Assembly: GCA_028023455.1 (NCBI GenBank)
Contig: JAQFVV010000005.1
Location: 15,748,001-15,812,000 of the forward strand
Length of the DNA stretch: 64,000 nucleotides
Direction of reading: 5' to 3'
DNA from: Epiperipatus broadwayi
Lineage: Eukaryota > Animalia > Onychophora
Shown: one piece after another, positions 16,640 through 29,196 of the stretch
Layout of the letters: the number at the start of each line of letters is the position of its first letter
How positions within the stretch are numbered: position 1 is the first letter of the stretch
The notes under the pieces: model-generated
Databases searched by the model: none
What the model was told of the DNA's origin: nothing
The model's input: the letters and a program-made list of their open reading frames with translations, nothing else
Translations under genes and position numbers: made by a program

Positions 16640-19600
16640 CAATTACTGAGAGTTAATGTCCAGAGGGATAAACTCACCCCATAGAATGTTTGCCATTACC
16701 AGCTGGATTCGGCAATTCACACCACTGTATTCTTTTTCTTACAGAAACCAGTACCAGTAAATTCTCCTTTTAAACCTGAAGCATCTTGCCAAGTTTGGAT
16801 ATACCAGATTTTCCATCAAACTATTCAGCTGCAGGAATAGGAGTACTCATCAATAAGAATTCTCCATTCAATCTTTCAACATCTTATATCATTGATCAAC
16901 ACATGATTATCATCACTCTTCTTAATGCAGCATGCACAATAAATATTATAGCATTACACTTATATAATCAATCAATACTCCTTCACCAGCTTATTAACAT
17001 AATTAATTTGTACACTAGCAACAAATCCACACCCCACATAATTCTCTTGAGTGACTTTAATATATGCATACCAAGACTTTACGATGAAAATATCTTCATA
17101 AAATTAACAAAGGCTAATGAGCTCAGAAGGTTTCTTTTCATCAAATGCAATATCATTTTTTCACTAAAATCATTTCATCACTAATAGATCTACTCTTTTA
17201 CTCTCCCTGAGATTGCACTTTTATAGTCACCCTCCCTAAACCCAGTAGCTTTCTGACCATCCATGCCCTTAATGTCGTTATTAAATTTAGATATACGCAG
17301 ATGCCGTCAACACTTTTACTGAACAATACAATGCCCATTTATTATTAAAACTCTGCAGCGTCATCATAAAATATCAATGTCTGGTATGTATTTATTTTAA
17401 AAAAAGATTGACTTTCTTTCATTAATTAACAGAAGCTGACTTAACTAATGCTAATATTTTTCTCTTCTAACAATGTTTCGACCATAACATGAGAAATAAA
17501 GCTATCATCGTAGCTAACAAAAAATTGCGATATTCTGTATAACTAATGAAGCTTAAAAAGCTACATATAAAACCCCAATTCAAGTTATTACTGTGTTGCT
17601 AAAACAAAGTTCATGGAACCTTCTGCTTAGTTTAATAATTATCTTTCCCCAAAATATTCGTATTTACTAAAGCACCAGCAGGCTAAAGTCAAAGGAACGT
17701 ATATCAAATGGATGCATTTTTCTATATTCAACATTTAGCTACTCTTCATGTGTCATTATTAATGAAGCTAATTTTTTACTGTATTTGGTTAATTATTTTT
17801 TTGCTGATTAGAATGATAAAGAAAGCTCAAGTTCAAATATTCTTGCAGTGCTCAGCATCACTTTCATTTTGGTGTGTCATGAGCTATCATTGGCGTAATC
17901 ATAAGAAAGACATTGCAAATAAAGTGCATTATTCACGATAAACCGTCGAGATTTATGCCATTGTAAAATTGCATATTGTTGTTTTCCGTACCCGCTTAAT
18001 GTTGCATGATTTTGCAACCTTACTTTGTACTTATCAAATTAATTACAGTATGGGCTACTCTGTATATATTACTTCATTTGCCTCGCTGCAAGCGCGTATT
18101 TACTGCCGCTCTTATGATGTTGAACCTTATCAACGTATCTTACAATCATTAAAATAATAATGTCTATTAATTAAAGATAAAATCACGACATCTTCTATTC
18201 CTCTGTCTTTAAAGTTTCAGTTTAGTAAAGATAAATTTATCCTGCCGAGCCGCATATCATTTCCTCATATTACGAACACCTGTTAATGATGACGTGCCGC
18301 CACTTACATCGAAAGCTGCTTTATAATGCAGTATGGTCAGAGTCATTAGAAACGCTGGTTAGTTTCCATTTTGAATGAGACTCATTAGTAATTAGCTATG
18401 TTATGAACATGAATCCTGATTCCCAATTATGTCATTTGAGCTAATATCTTTATCGTAGAAACATTCACATAATTTTAAATGGAAAATGTCATATAGAATT
18501 CATCTACTATCAATTCAGTTCCCAAGGTTCACCCTATAGTGTATCTCTTCATCTTTAGTATAATATTTTCGTACTTCGTACTGAATCGAGCTAATAGATA
18601 CACAAGATTACACTATGGTGGGTAAATTAAAACATAGTCATCATTATTTCATTCTTAAGGATGACATAACTGTTTTTCTCCTCACAGTTACAATTGTTAC
18701 TAAAACTACGATAACGTAGTAAAAATACAATTAAAAAGATTATAATCAAAAATTCAATCTCAAAAAATGTTGCCACATAGTCATATTTACTAAAACCAGT
18801 TAACAATAAGGTTGAAAATGATATCGTAACTTATACTTGGGAAATACCCATCCAGTCAATCAATTGAAAATACGACGAATACGTATTAACAAAATCAGTT
18901 AATCATTTCCTATACAAAAGGTACCATCTAACTAATAGCTGAAAGCATTCCGAAATACAAATAGTGATATGTCATAATTAACAAACCTTTGATGAATCTA
19001 TCCACCCAAAGATTAGTTTCTATTCACCTTACGCATTCCACTTACTACCTCATTCAACTTAGAAAATCAATTATCTGGTACTGAAGTATTCAGCCTAAAA
19101 CTAGAAGACTAATTTTCATATATGCATTAATGGAAACTCCAAAAGATTAAAAGTTAATGGCCTGCATTTTGCATTCAGCCAAATAATACCACTACTATCA
19201 AAGTCTATATATTACAACTACTTTAAAAATCTGCACAACTTTCAGTACACTCAGGTTTCCATTCCAACTATCTCCTACCGACATACTTCCACAACTAAAT
19301 AGTTAATCGGTTCATTACATAATAATTTACCAACCTTAATACACATACTAAAATTACCAGAATAATATGCTTACAGCAAAAATTTAAGTACTTGGGATTA
19401 CATGTCAAAATATGACCAACTTACAGATCTGAAACAAACAATAGAGAGTACACTTAAATCCAATAAACTTAAATCTTGACAATAAAAAGTTACCCCATTT
19501 TACGTTTTGAGAACCTAAATGGCTGGACTTTCCTAAATAGAGTTCAACAATTGATGGCATTGCCAACAGTGATTTCTTTTTAATAGAGAGGAAGATACCT

Positions 19601-20050
19601 AATAGCATTCCACCTATCATCTAACTTTGGACGTCGGTAGGAAAACATGGAATGCAATCTCAAACGTTTTTCACAGCTATCACGTTAAATGACTTACATA
19701 TATATAGACAAGATTGATATCCACATCATTTACAATTCTAAGACTCAATGTAGCGAGATCTTCTCCAATAGAAAAATATTCAAAAGGAAATATTTCCCAA
19801 TATAAGGCTGTCCATCTTTTATCTTATTTACTCTCTGTCTTCTTAAGATGTCACACTGTTTTAATCCAAAATCATGAAAATGTAAATCTCTCTAGAAAAT
19901 AAAATCGCTAAAAATTAAACTGAGAGATCATTCTTTCACTGCAAGATAATAGTCAATGCCACCTGGAGCCTCATAAAATTATCTCCACAATCCATAAATG
20001 TTGCAAAACAAAATCAGCAATGGACTAAAAAAACTTACAATCATCAATGA
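16640..20050 (+). pseudogene. LINE ORF2 (APE endonuclease + reverse transcriptase), disrupted
   Basis: NVQGINSP...FLTET (~16655-16750), AAGIGVLINK, IILLSDFN (~17040), SDH (~17255), RT-like YCRSYDVEPYQRILQSLK (~18100-18155). Frameshifted throughout; boundaries approximate. Confidence 0.75.
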
Positions 20051-20263
20051 ATAGCTTAATCTATTAATTTACATGCCTAATTTTATTTTCTTCTTTATGA
20101 TTCATATAATATTTGCCTACTATTTTATATATATATATATAAAAATCAAATATGTGAAAGTTTTTTTAACATGTAATCAGAATATAAAATTATGTAATAT
20201 TTTTTAAGTTTGTAATAACAATATAGACATAATAATAACAAAACTTTTAAAATCTAGTAATAA

Positions 20264-20690
<427 letters not shown>

Positions 20691-21190
20691 NNNNNNNNNN
20701 NNNNNNNNNNNNNNNNNNNNNNNNNNNNNNNNNNNNNNNNNNNNNNNNNNNNNNNNNNNNNNNNNNNNNNNNNNNNNNNNNNNNNNNNNNNNNNNNNNNN
20801 NNNNNNNNNNNNNNNNNNNNNNNNNNNNNNNNNNNNNNNNNNNNNNNNNNNNNNNNNNNNNNNNNNNNNNNNNNNNNNNNNNNNNNNNNNNNNNNNNNNN
20901 NNNNNNNNNNNNNNNNNNNNNNNNNNNNNNNNNNNNNNNNNNNNNNNNNNNNNNNNNNNNNNNNNNNNNNNNNNNNNNNNNNNNNNNNNNNNNNNNNNNN
21001 NNNNNNNNNNNNNNNNNNNNNNNNNNNNNNNNNNNNNNNNNNNNNNNNNNNNNNNNNNNNNNNNNNNNNNNNNNNNNNNNNNNNNNNNNNNNNNNNNNNN
21101 NNNNNNNNNNNNNNNNNNNNNNNNNNNNNNNNNNNNNNNNNNNNNNNNNNNNNNNNNNNNNNNNNNNNNNNNNNNNNNNNNNNNNNNNNN
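20691..21190. other. Assembly gap, exactly 500 N (fixed-size scaffolding gap)
   Basis: Run of N. The round size suggests a placeholder rather than a measured distance. Confidence 0.99.
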
Positions 21191-21195
21191 TATAT

Positions 21196-23634
21196 TGTGC
21201 CAGTCCGTGTATAACGGCCATGCACAAAATGGCTGTTTGCTGAAGATTCAGCACAGCTTACATGTATCACATGAAAATTATAATTTTAATACGATTTATT
21301 AAATTATAATTCAGAGGGGAAGTGGGAGGTACGGATATAGTACATAAATAAATGGGTTTGGGCTATATTATATTCTTATTATACCCACAGTACAAGTGTA
21401 TGCAGTATATATATGTTTTAATAATTTATTCGACTAGCAAACCTGTCTAAAAAAAAAAAAAAAGGGAAAATAAGTTGTAATATTTGTTTATGTGTAGAAC
21501 AGTTTTTTTTTTTGTTGTATTTTACTACTTATAAATGTTCGAACACACATATATAGAAATGTATTTTTATTTTTTATTATTTTCCTAAAAAAAGAAAAGA
21601 AAATTCTAAATAGTTAAAAATTTTTGCATTTATTGGAATTTATCTTTTCTAATTGTTAGAATGAGAGGGTTTGAAATTAATTAATTAAATTTGTAAAGGG
21701 AAAAAACCTTTTTGCTAATTACAATCTACTTTCAACCGAAGAAAATGTTTTGTATAAAAGAATTTTCGGTTGATCGTGAATAAAGATAAAATAGATTTTA
21801 TCTAAGAAAGGAATGTAAGCACAATGGGTGTCAAGTACTCAATATGGAAGCTTGCAAAAGTGTACTTTAATAAATAAAAAGGTAAAAGAATGTAGAAAGG
21901 TATATGAAGGTATAATTAAATTTATTATTAGCTGATGCAATAGCTCGTAGAGGGGGTCTGACAATTGGACTATTTGGGCTATATGTGCTGCTTACTGGGG
22001 GCTTTGAGTCAGTCGAGTACTAGCTTGCTAAAGCGTGCGGACCAAGGGAGATTAGCCTGCTAAAGAGTGCGGACAAGTTAATGCTAGCTTGCAAAAGCAT
22101 TCCAATGGCAAAGATTTAGAAAGTTAAATCTTGTCTCCCGCTAGTCTAAAAAAAATGGAACAGTATAGAGATTTGTGAAAAACAATCCGACAGAGAGAAA
22201 GGAGAAAATGAACTGTGTCTGTTAAAATTATAATCACTTGGTTATTTCCCAGAAAAAGAATTTGGAAAATTAGCATTTAGCAAGGATCGTTAAGTGGAGT
22301 TTGGAAAATGATCAACAACATGGATTCTCAATACGTTTAAATAGAAAAAAAAAAAACGAAAGACGAATCATAGTTGGAGAACTGCAATTTATTTAGGATC
22401 TACTTGCCCTAATCAGCCGTGTGCGATATACATATATACGGGAGAAGTATACTTACAGATCCGATAAGTTGAAAGATGGCTCGATTATACGTTCCGGGTT
22501 ATTATCCTACCATGGAGTAGACTTTCAGCCGTAGTACACCACCTGTTTGGCTATCAAGTCCGAAGATGCCTTAGAAGAAATAGCAGACCCTGATGACAAG
22601 AAAGACTCAAAGCATGTCGGTGAATGGAAGCCTTATCTGCCCTATGAAGTAGCCGTGTGGCCCAGGAAGTTCGAATTGAATACAAGAACAAGTTCAGAGG
22701 AGCGTGTATAGTTGGTTATATATATATATTTTTATATTCTATTATATATATTTTTTTTTCTCTCTCTCATTTATGTTCTTTGTAAATTTTTTTTTTTATG
22801 ATATATATATTATTACTGCATACCTTGTTATATGGATTTATTACTCTAAAGTGGGAAGGAATATAGGGCACACCCATTGTGTAATCTTTTAGATATTGTG
22901 TTTTTTCTTTTTATATATATCTTGGGGTCATATGTATATGCATCGGTGGAGGGTAAATATAATTTAAATATTTTTTTATATATATTGGACTTATATGTAT
23001 GCATTAGTGGAGGATAAATATAATAATCTGGGGATAATAAATATTCACTTTTGTAATTAAAATCGTTTATAAGTTTTTGACTTAGCTTTAAAATAATTAT
23101 TAAGTTATTAGTACAGATATATAGTTTTTTTTGTTTATCGAAATGCCAATCCACGTAGTTAACCTGAGATTTATAGAATATAAAGTGAGCTAGATAGGGA
23201 TCACTTACCGGGGAGTTGGATTGTTTCTTTTATTTTAGTCCAAATGTCTCGAAATATTCATATTCGTTAATGACTAGTCACATTTTACACACTCTCTCGG
23301 GAAAGAAAAGGAATAAGTATAATCTTGAACGGGAGTGGCGCTAGAGACTGAAGGAAATATTCAGTACTCTTAAAGGTGTGTAAGGACACTTTAATTAGTC
23401 AACGTATAATTAATCGGCTAATGAAACAATTTAACAAGGAAGGTCTGGATGGGCCTAATTTTAGGTTCAATCTACTTCCTCTAATAATTTCTTTGAGGTA
23501 TTTACTCATATTTAATCAAAAATATTTTAGAGAATTATTATCGATGTCCCATTCTGTAGCATACGTCATTTCATGCTCGGTGCGTATGAGAGTCTAACCA
23601 TGCAAGACCACTACAGGGTAGTCGAACCGGTACA
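21196..23634 (+). repeat. 5' LTR (2439 bp)
   Basis: Direct repeat of 26187-28631, about 98-99% identical by eye, with TG...CA ends. Confidence 0.95.
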
Positions 23635-23640
23635 GAAAAA

Positions 23641-23657
23641 TGGCGCCTCAATCGTGG
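23641..23657 (+). promoter_or_regulatory. Primer-binding site, tRNA-Lys(CUU)-like with two single-T insertions
   Basis: TGGCGCC[T]CAA[T]CGTGG versus canonical TGGCGCCCAACGTGG, 6 nt downstream of the LTR end. Confidence 0.7.
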
Positions 23658-24175
23658 TAAAGACGAACTAGGTTAAGATGAAAAAAGATAGTATTAGTAG
23701 AAATCTATACTATATTTTCGTGGTTTCAAAACAAATTTAGGACAGCTAAGTTAAGAGAAGAACGTTGTAAATGAGATAGGATTTTAATAATTGCATAAGA
23801 GAAGGTTGAAATATACGGTTTTGATTATTTAGTTATAAGATTTTTTCTTTTTCGAGAAAAAAATTTATTATCGTGAACGAAATAAATTATTAACAGAAGT
23901 TAGATAAATAATTCTGTCATTTATTAGGGCATATAAGTAGAACGGGGCATTTGAAATTTTTTGTTATATTATTGCACGTTTGAGTAAATTGTCATTAGAA
24001 ATCAGGGAATGTGCTTGGAGGAAAGGGCGATTAGTAGGGCATAGCGTAAGACGTGGTGTACTGCGAATTTACTATACGAAATTAAATTAAATATTTTTCT
24101 GGAATTGAGTTAATAAATGTTAGTATAAAGGTAAGAATACCTTGACTTTCAAGTTCAGTAAATTTAACCCCGTAA

Positions 24176-25441
24176 ATGCTTACGAGAGCAGGGAAAATCA
24201 GAATGGAACAGGCAATAATCAGTGAAACGCTAGTAAACCTGTCTGAAGAACAGGAAGTGGATGGTCAGAAAAACGAACTAGGAAAGGAAAAAGAATGCTT
24301 AAAGGAAATGATGGAAGATTTTGCAAACCTTGTGAAAAAGGAAATGGCTAAAATGTCAAAAGAAGTAGAAAGATGGAGAACAGAGAGGGCTAAACAAGAG
24401 GAAAATATCCTTCAGAAAATAGAGGAAATGCGAAGTGAATTAGTACAAGAAATAGATTTAAGATTTCAAAAGTGGGAAATGAAATGTGATAAATCTAAGC
24501 AAACTAAGGAGGATGAGATAGAGGCAAATATAAGAGATAGTCAGTCAGTTAAGTTAGGGCCAGAGGAGACAAAGCAGGACACAGAAATGGAGTACAAACA
24601 AAATAGGATGGTTGAAAATGTTAAAAATGAACAAGACAACCATATGGCAAATAGTGGAGATCATCTGGATGGTCGTATAGAAAAGACCAATGGAAGTGAT
24701 CAGCTGCCACAATTAAATATTAACCAATTTTTAAAAATCCGTACATTTGAAGGAAAAGTGGGGGAGGCTCCAGTGGAGCATATAAGAAGTCTGGAAAATT
24801 ACTTTCGGATAAACAAAGTAAATGAAATCAGTAAATTGCTTGTTGCCAGCGCTCATCTTAATGGAGACGCATTAGCTTGGTGGGAGTCTTTGTTTCATCA
24901 TCCTCCAACCTTCAATCAATATAAGGATATGATTGTTAACAATTTCTGGAGCCCAGAACGTCAGGAGACTATCCTGTATCAAATAATGCAGGAAAAATAC
25001 AAGAGTAACATGAACGAAAACTACTCTCAATTTTTTTGTAGGCAAGCAGCCAAATTAAGAAATTTAAACGCCTGCCAAACATCGGAGGGTCAAATTATTA
25101 GAATAATTAGACATAATTTTCCTTTCCGAATAGAACAAACATTGTTGACAGCAAATGTAAATACAATGGAACATATGGCGGAGTTATTGAACGTGTTGGA
25201 CATGAACCAACTGGACAAACCCCCAGATAAATTTAGAGAAAATTCGCATATTAGCACAATAGGATGGGACAGTGATGATGATGATCAAAGGGGATATATA
25301 AAAACAAAGAAAAAAAATTGGAATTCAGAAACGAATGTCAAATATATTGACAGTCAAGTAAATGACCAGGGAAAGAAATATGGAAAAGGCAGGGGATATA
25401 GGCCAGATTCGCCGAAGCCTGGGGGGAGTAAAAATAAATAG
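24176..25441 (+). CDS. Intact 421-aa Ty3/gypsy Gag: N-terminal coiled coil plus Arc-like/Retrotrans_gag capsid; no CCHC knuckle
   Basis: RTFEGK...LNGDALAWW...NNFWSPERQE...SEGQIIRIIRHNFP...LLNVLD capsid pattern. Located between the PBS and PPT. Confidence 0.9.
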   Translation: MLTRAGKIRMEQAIISETLVNLSEEQEVDGQKNELGKEKECLKEMMEDFANLVKKEMAKMSKEVERWRTERAKQEENILQKIEEMRSELVQEIDLRFQKWEMKCDKSKQTKEDEIEANIRDSQSVKLGPEETKQDTEMEYKQNRMVENVKNEQDNHMANSGDHLDGRIEKTNGSDQLPQLNINQFLKIRTFEGKVGEAPVEHIRSLENYFRINKVNEISKLLVASAHLNGDALAWWESLFHHPPTFNQYKDMIVNNFWSPERQETILYQIMQEKYKSNMNENYSQFFCRQAAKLRNLNACQTSEGQIIRIIRHNFPFRIEQTLLTANVNTMEHMAELLNVLDMNQLDKPPDKFRENSHISTIGWDSDDDDQRGYIKTKKKNWNSETNVKYIDSQVNDQGKKYGKGRGYRPDSPKPGGSKNK

Positions 25442-26172
25442 TAAATAACAGTGTAGTGTAAGTGAATATGTCGTTTAAAAGTGGAGGTGAGGACTTTGTG
25501 GTTGTTTCAGGCATTGCATGTAAGGTTTGAATTATGTCGGTTTGCTCATGTTCTTTGGGAGATGAGAGTTTGGAGGGTGGGCTGCAGATCTTATGTAGTT
25601 CGGAATTTTGTGGCGTTAGGTCGGCGTATGTACCCTGTCACTAATGCGGGGGGTACCGTTGGGCTGAGAAAAGGGAAAAACTTTTGTTTTCCTCTCAGGG
25701 ACCTTCTTACCTTGTAATGCGATGTCTTAAAAGAAAGAAGCGTGGGTGCATTTACTAAGGTATGCATTCAAATTACCTCTTCGAAAATGAAGAGCTTGTT
25801 TTTCATGTTCTAAAATGCAAAAGGATCTCATAAGCCTCCAAAGACGTGAGCTGGGATGCATTTATTACACATTTACGGTACTTGACATACGTTGTTCGTC
25901 ACAGAGTTCTGCATGAAGTAGGGATCTGTAAGCTGATGCTCTGGGTTTCTTATGGTCTCGAGGTGGCATGCGGGGGGACGATGAGGTCTGAGCCATGCAG
26001 ATTGATGTTTGAAGGGCTATGGATGTATATTGCTACTGAATGAATGACATAACTTGCATGTTAAAACGTATAATATAAACGCTGAATTTAAAATGTAAAT
26101 AATTAAAGAAGATGTAAAAATAGTTAAGTAAGACCATTAAAAAAGAATGGTTTCCTTTTTAACAGTCTCATC

Positions 26173-26183
26173 GGGGACGGGGG
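26173..26183 (+). promoter_or_regulatory. Polypurine tract GGGGACGGGGG
   Basis: Lies 3 nt upstream of the 3' LTR. Confidence 0.85.
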
Positions 26184-26186
26184 TAT

Positions 26187-28631
26187 TGTGCCAGTCCGTG
26201 TATAATGGCCATGCACAAAATGGCTGTTTGCTGAAGATTCAGTACAGCTTACATGTATCACATGAAAATTATAATTTTAATACGATTTATTAAATTATAA
26301 TTCAATGGGGAAGTGGGAGGTACAGATATAGTACATAAATAAATGGGTTTGGGCTATATTATGTTCTTATTATACCCACAGTACAAGTGTATGCAGTATA
26401 TATATATGTTTTAATAATTTATTCGACTAGCAAACCTGTCTAAAAAAAAAAAAAAAGGGAAAATAAGTTGTAATATTTGTTTATGTGTAGAACAGTTTTT
26501 TTTTTTGTTGTATTTTACTACTTATAAATGTTCGAACACACATATATAGAAATGTATTTTTATTTTTTATTATTTTCCTAAAAAAAGAAAAGAAAATTCT
26601 AAATAGTTAAACATTTTTGCATTTATTGGAATTTATCTTTTCTAATTGTTAGAATGAGAGGGTTTTGAAATTAATTAATTAAATTTGTAAAGGGAAAAAA
26701 CCTTTTTGCTAATTACAATCTACTTTCAACCGAAGAAAATGTTTGTATAAAAGAATTTTCAGTTGATCGTGAATAAAGATAAAATAGATTTTATCCAAGA
26801 AAGGAATGTAAGCACAATGGGTGTCAAGTACTCAATATGGAAGCTTGCAGAAGTGTACTTTAATAAATAAAAAGGTAAAAGAATGTAGAAAGGTATATGA
26901 AGGTATAATTAAATTTATTATTAGCTGATGCAATAGCTCGTAGAGGGGGTCTGACAATTGGACTATCTGGGCTATATGTGCTGCTTACTGTGGGCTTTGA
27001 GTCAGTCGAGTACTAGCTTGCTAAAGCGTGCGGACCAAGGGAGATTAGCCTGCTAAAGAGTGCAGACAAGTTAATGCTAGCTTGCAAAAGCATTCCAATG
27101 GCAAAGATTTAGAAAGTTAAATCTTGTCTCCCGCTAGTCTAAAAAAATGGAACAGTATAGAGATTTGTGAAAAACAATCCGACAGAGAGAAAGGAGAAAA
27201 TGAACTGTGTCTGTTAAAATTATAATCACTTGGTTATTTCCCAGAAAAAGAATTTGGAAAATTAGCATTTAGCAAGGATCGTTAAGTGGAGTTTGGAAAA
27301 TGATCAACAACATGGATTCTCAATACGTTTAAATAGAAAAAAACAAAAAAACAAAAGACGAATCATAGTTGGAGAACTGCAATTTATTTAGGATCTACTT
27401 GCCCTAATCAGCCGTGTGCAATATACATATATACGGGAGAAGTATACTTACAGATCCGATAAGTTGAAAGATGGCTCGATTATACGTTCCGGGTTATTAT
27501 CCTACCATGGAGTAGACTTTCAGCCGTAGTACACCACCTGTTTGGCTATCAAGTCCGAAGATGCCTTAGAAGAAATAGCAGACCCTGATGACAAGAAAGA
27601 CTCAAAGCATGTCGGTGAATGGAAGCCTTATCTGCCCTATGAAGTAGCCGTGTGGCCCAGGAAGTTCGAATTGAATACAAGAACAAGTTCAGAGGAGCGT
27701 GTATAGTTGGTTATATATATATATATATTTATATTCTATTATATATATTTTTTTTTCTCTCTCTCATTTATGTTCTTTGTAAATTTTTTTTTTTATGATA
27801 TATATATTATTACTGCATACCTTGTTATATGGATTTATTACTCTAAAGTGGGAAGGAATATAGGGCACACCCATTGTGTAATCTTTTAGATATTGTGTTT
27901 TTTCTTTTTATATATATCTTGGGGTCATATGTATATGCATTGGTGGAGGGTAAATATAATTTAAATATTTTTTTATATATATTGGACTTATATGTATGCA
28001 TTAGTGGAGGATAAATATAATAATCTGGGGATAATAAATATTCATTTTTGTAATTAAAATCGTTTATAAGTTTTTGACTTAGCTTTAAAATAATTATTAA
28101 GTTATTAGTACAGATATATAGTTTTTTTTGTTTATCAAAATGTAAATCCACATAGTTAACCTGAGATTTATAGAATATAAAGTGAGCTAGATAGGAATCA
28201 CTTACCGGGGAGTTGGATTGTTTCTTTTATTTTAGTCCGAACGTCTCGAAATATTCATATTCGTTAATGACTAATCACATTTTACACACTCTCTCGGGAA
28301 AGAAAAGGAATAAGTATAATCTTGAACGGGAGTGGCGCTAGAGACTAAAGGAAATATTCAGTACTCTTAAAGGTGTGTAAGGACACTTTAATTAGTCAAC
28401 GTATAATTAATCGGCTAATGAAACAATTTAACAAGGAAGGTCTGGATGGGCCTAATTTTAGGTTCAATCTACTTCCTCTAATAATTTCTTTGAGGTATTT
28501 ACTCATATTTAATCAAAAATATTTTAGAGAATTATTATCGATGTCTCATTCTGTAGCATACGTCATTTCATGCTCGGTGCGTATGAGAGTCTAACCATGC
28601 AAGACCACTACAGGGTAGTCGAACCGGTACA
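26187..28631 (+). repeat. 3' LTR (2445 bp)
   Basis: Direct repeat of 21196-23634, followed by ATAT. Confidence 0.95.
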
Positions 28632-29196
28632 ATATATATATACCAAACTGGTAAATGCAAGCAAGTAAAAATCTCGAAAAATAAAAGAAAGAAATAATTA
28701 ATGTTAAATTCGTTTGTTTATTAATCCAGCATAAAATTCTATAAATATCAAAATGACATCAATAATAAAAACAAAAGAACAAACTTAAAACCTAGACATC
28801 AATGAGTAAAACATAAGACAATATAGAATAACGTGGTCTTTCTTTTTAAAAAGACAAAAAAATTAAGGCAAATAAATTACATCTTCAAGAAAAGTTACTT
28901 TATAAATTCCTAAAAGTAGTTTATTCATCATCTTAACTAGCCTCAACATTAAAGATTAGAGAAAGGTGACTAAAGAAACTCACCACTAATTCCATAAAGC
29001 TTATATTTTTAATCCATGTTATAAGCTAGGAAAGAACAAATCATGTGCAGCTAGGAAGTGAAAAAACATTGTGGGGATGGAACTGCTTGTCATACAACTA
29101 AGAGTTCCTGATATGATTATCATTTAAAATTAATATCATGATGACCATGCTAGCAAAAAGATCTATGATGCGCTACAACCAATTAAAGAAGTTATC

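Larger units (their letters stand above)
14007..20263 (+). mobile_element. Near full-length but decayed L1/Tx1-clade non-LTR retrotransposon
   Basis: Ordered remnants of ORF1 zinc knuckles, APE endonuclease and RT, then a 3' UTR ending in a (TAG)n tail. Confidence 0.8.
21196..28631 (+). mobile_element. Young non-autonomous Ty3/gypsy-type LTR retrotransposon (LTR-PBS-gag-PPT-LTR, no pol)
   Basis: Paired LTRs TGTGCC...GGTACA, ATAT target-site duplication (12472-12475 or 21192-21195, and 28632-28635), and a 2552-bp interior holding one long ORF. Confidence 0.95.

Noticed and set aside
22588-22606. CTGATGA-CAA-GAAA-GACTC in the LTRs
   Set aside because: No stem II and no stem I pairing, so it does not fold as a hammerhead.
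24176-25441. Domesticated Arc-like host gene
   Set aside because: Flanked by near-identical LTRs, PBS, PPT and a TSD, which indicates a recent mobile insertion.
22704-28594. Pairs of near-identical short ORFs (e.g. 22846-23154 and 27843-28151)
   Set aside because: Duplicated only because they lie in the two LTRs. No recognisable domain.
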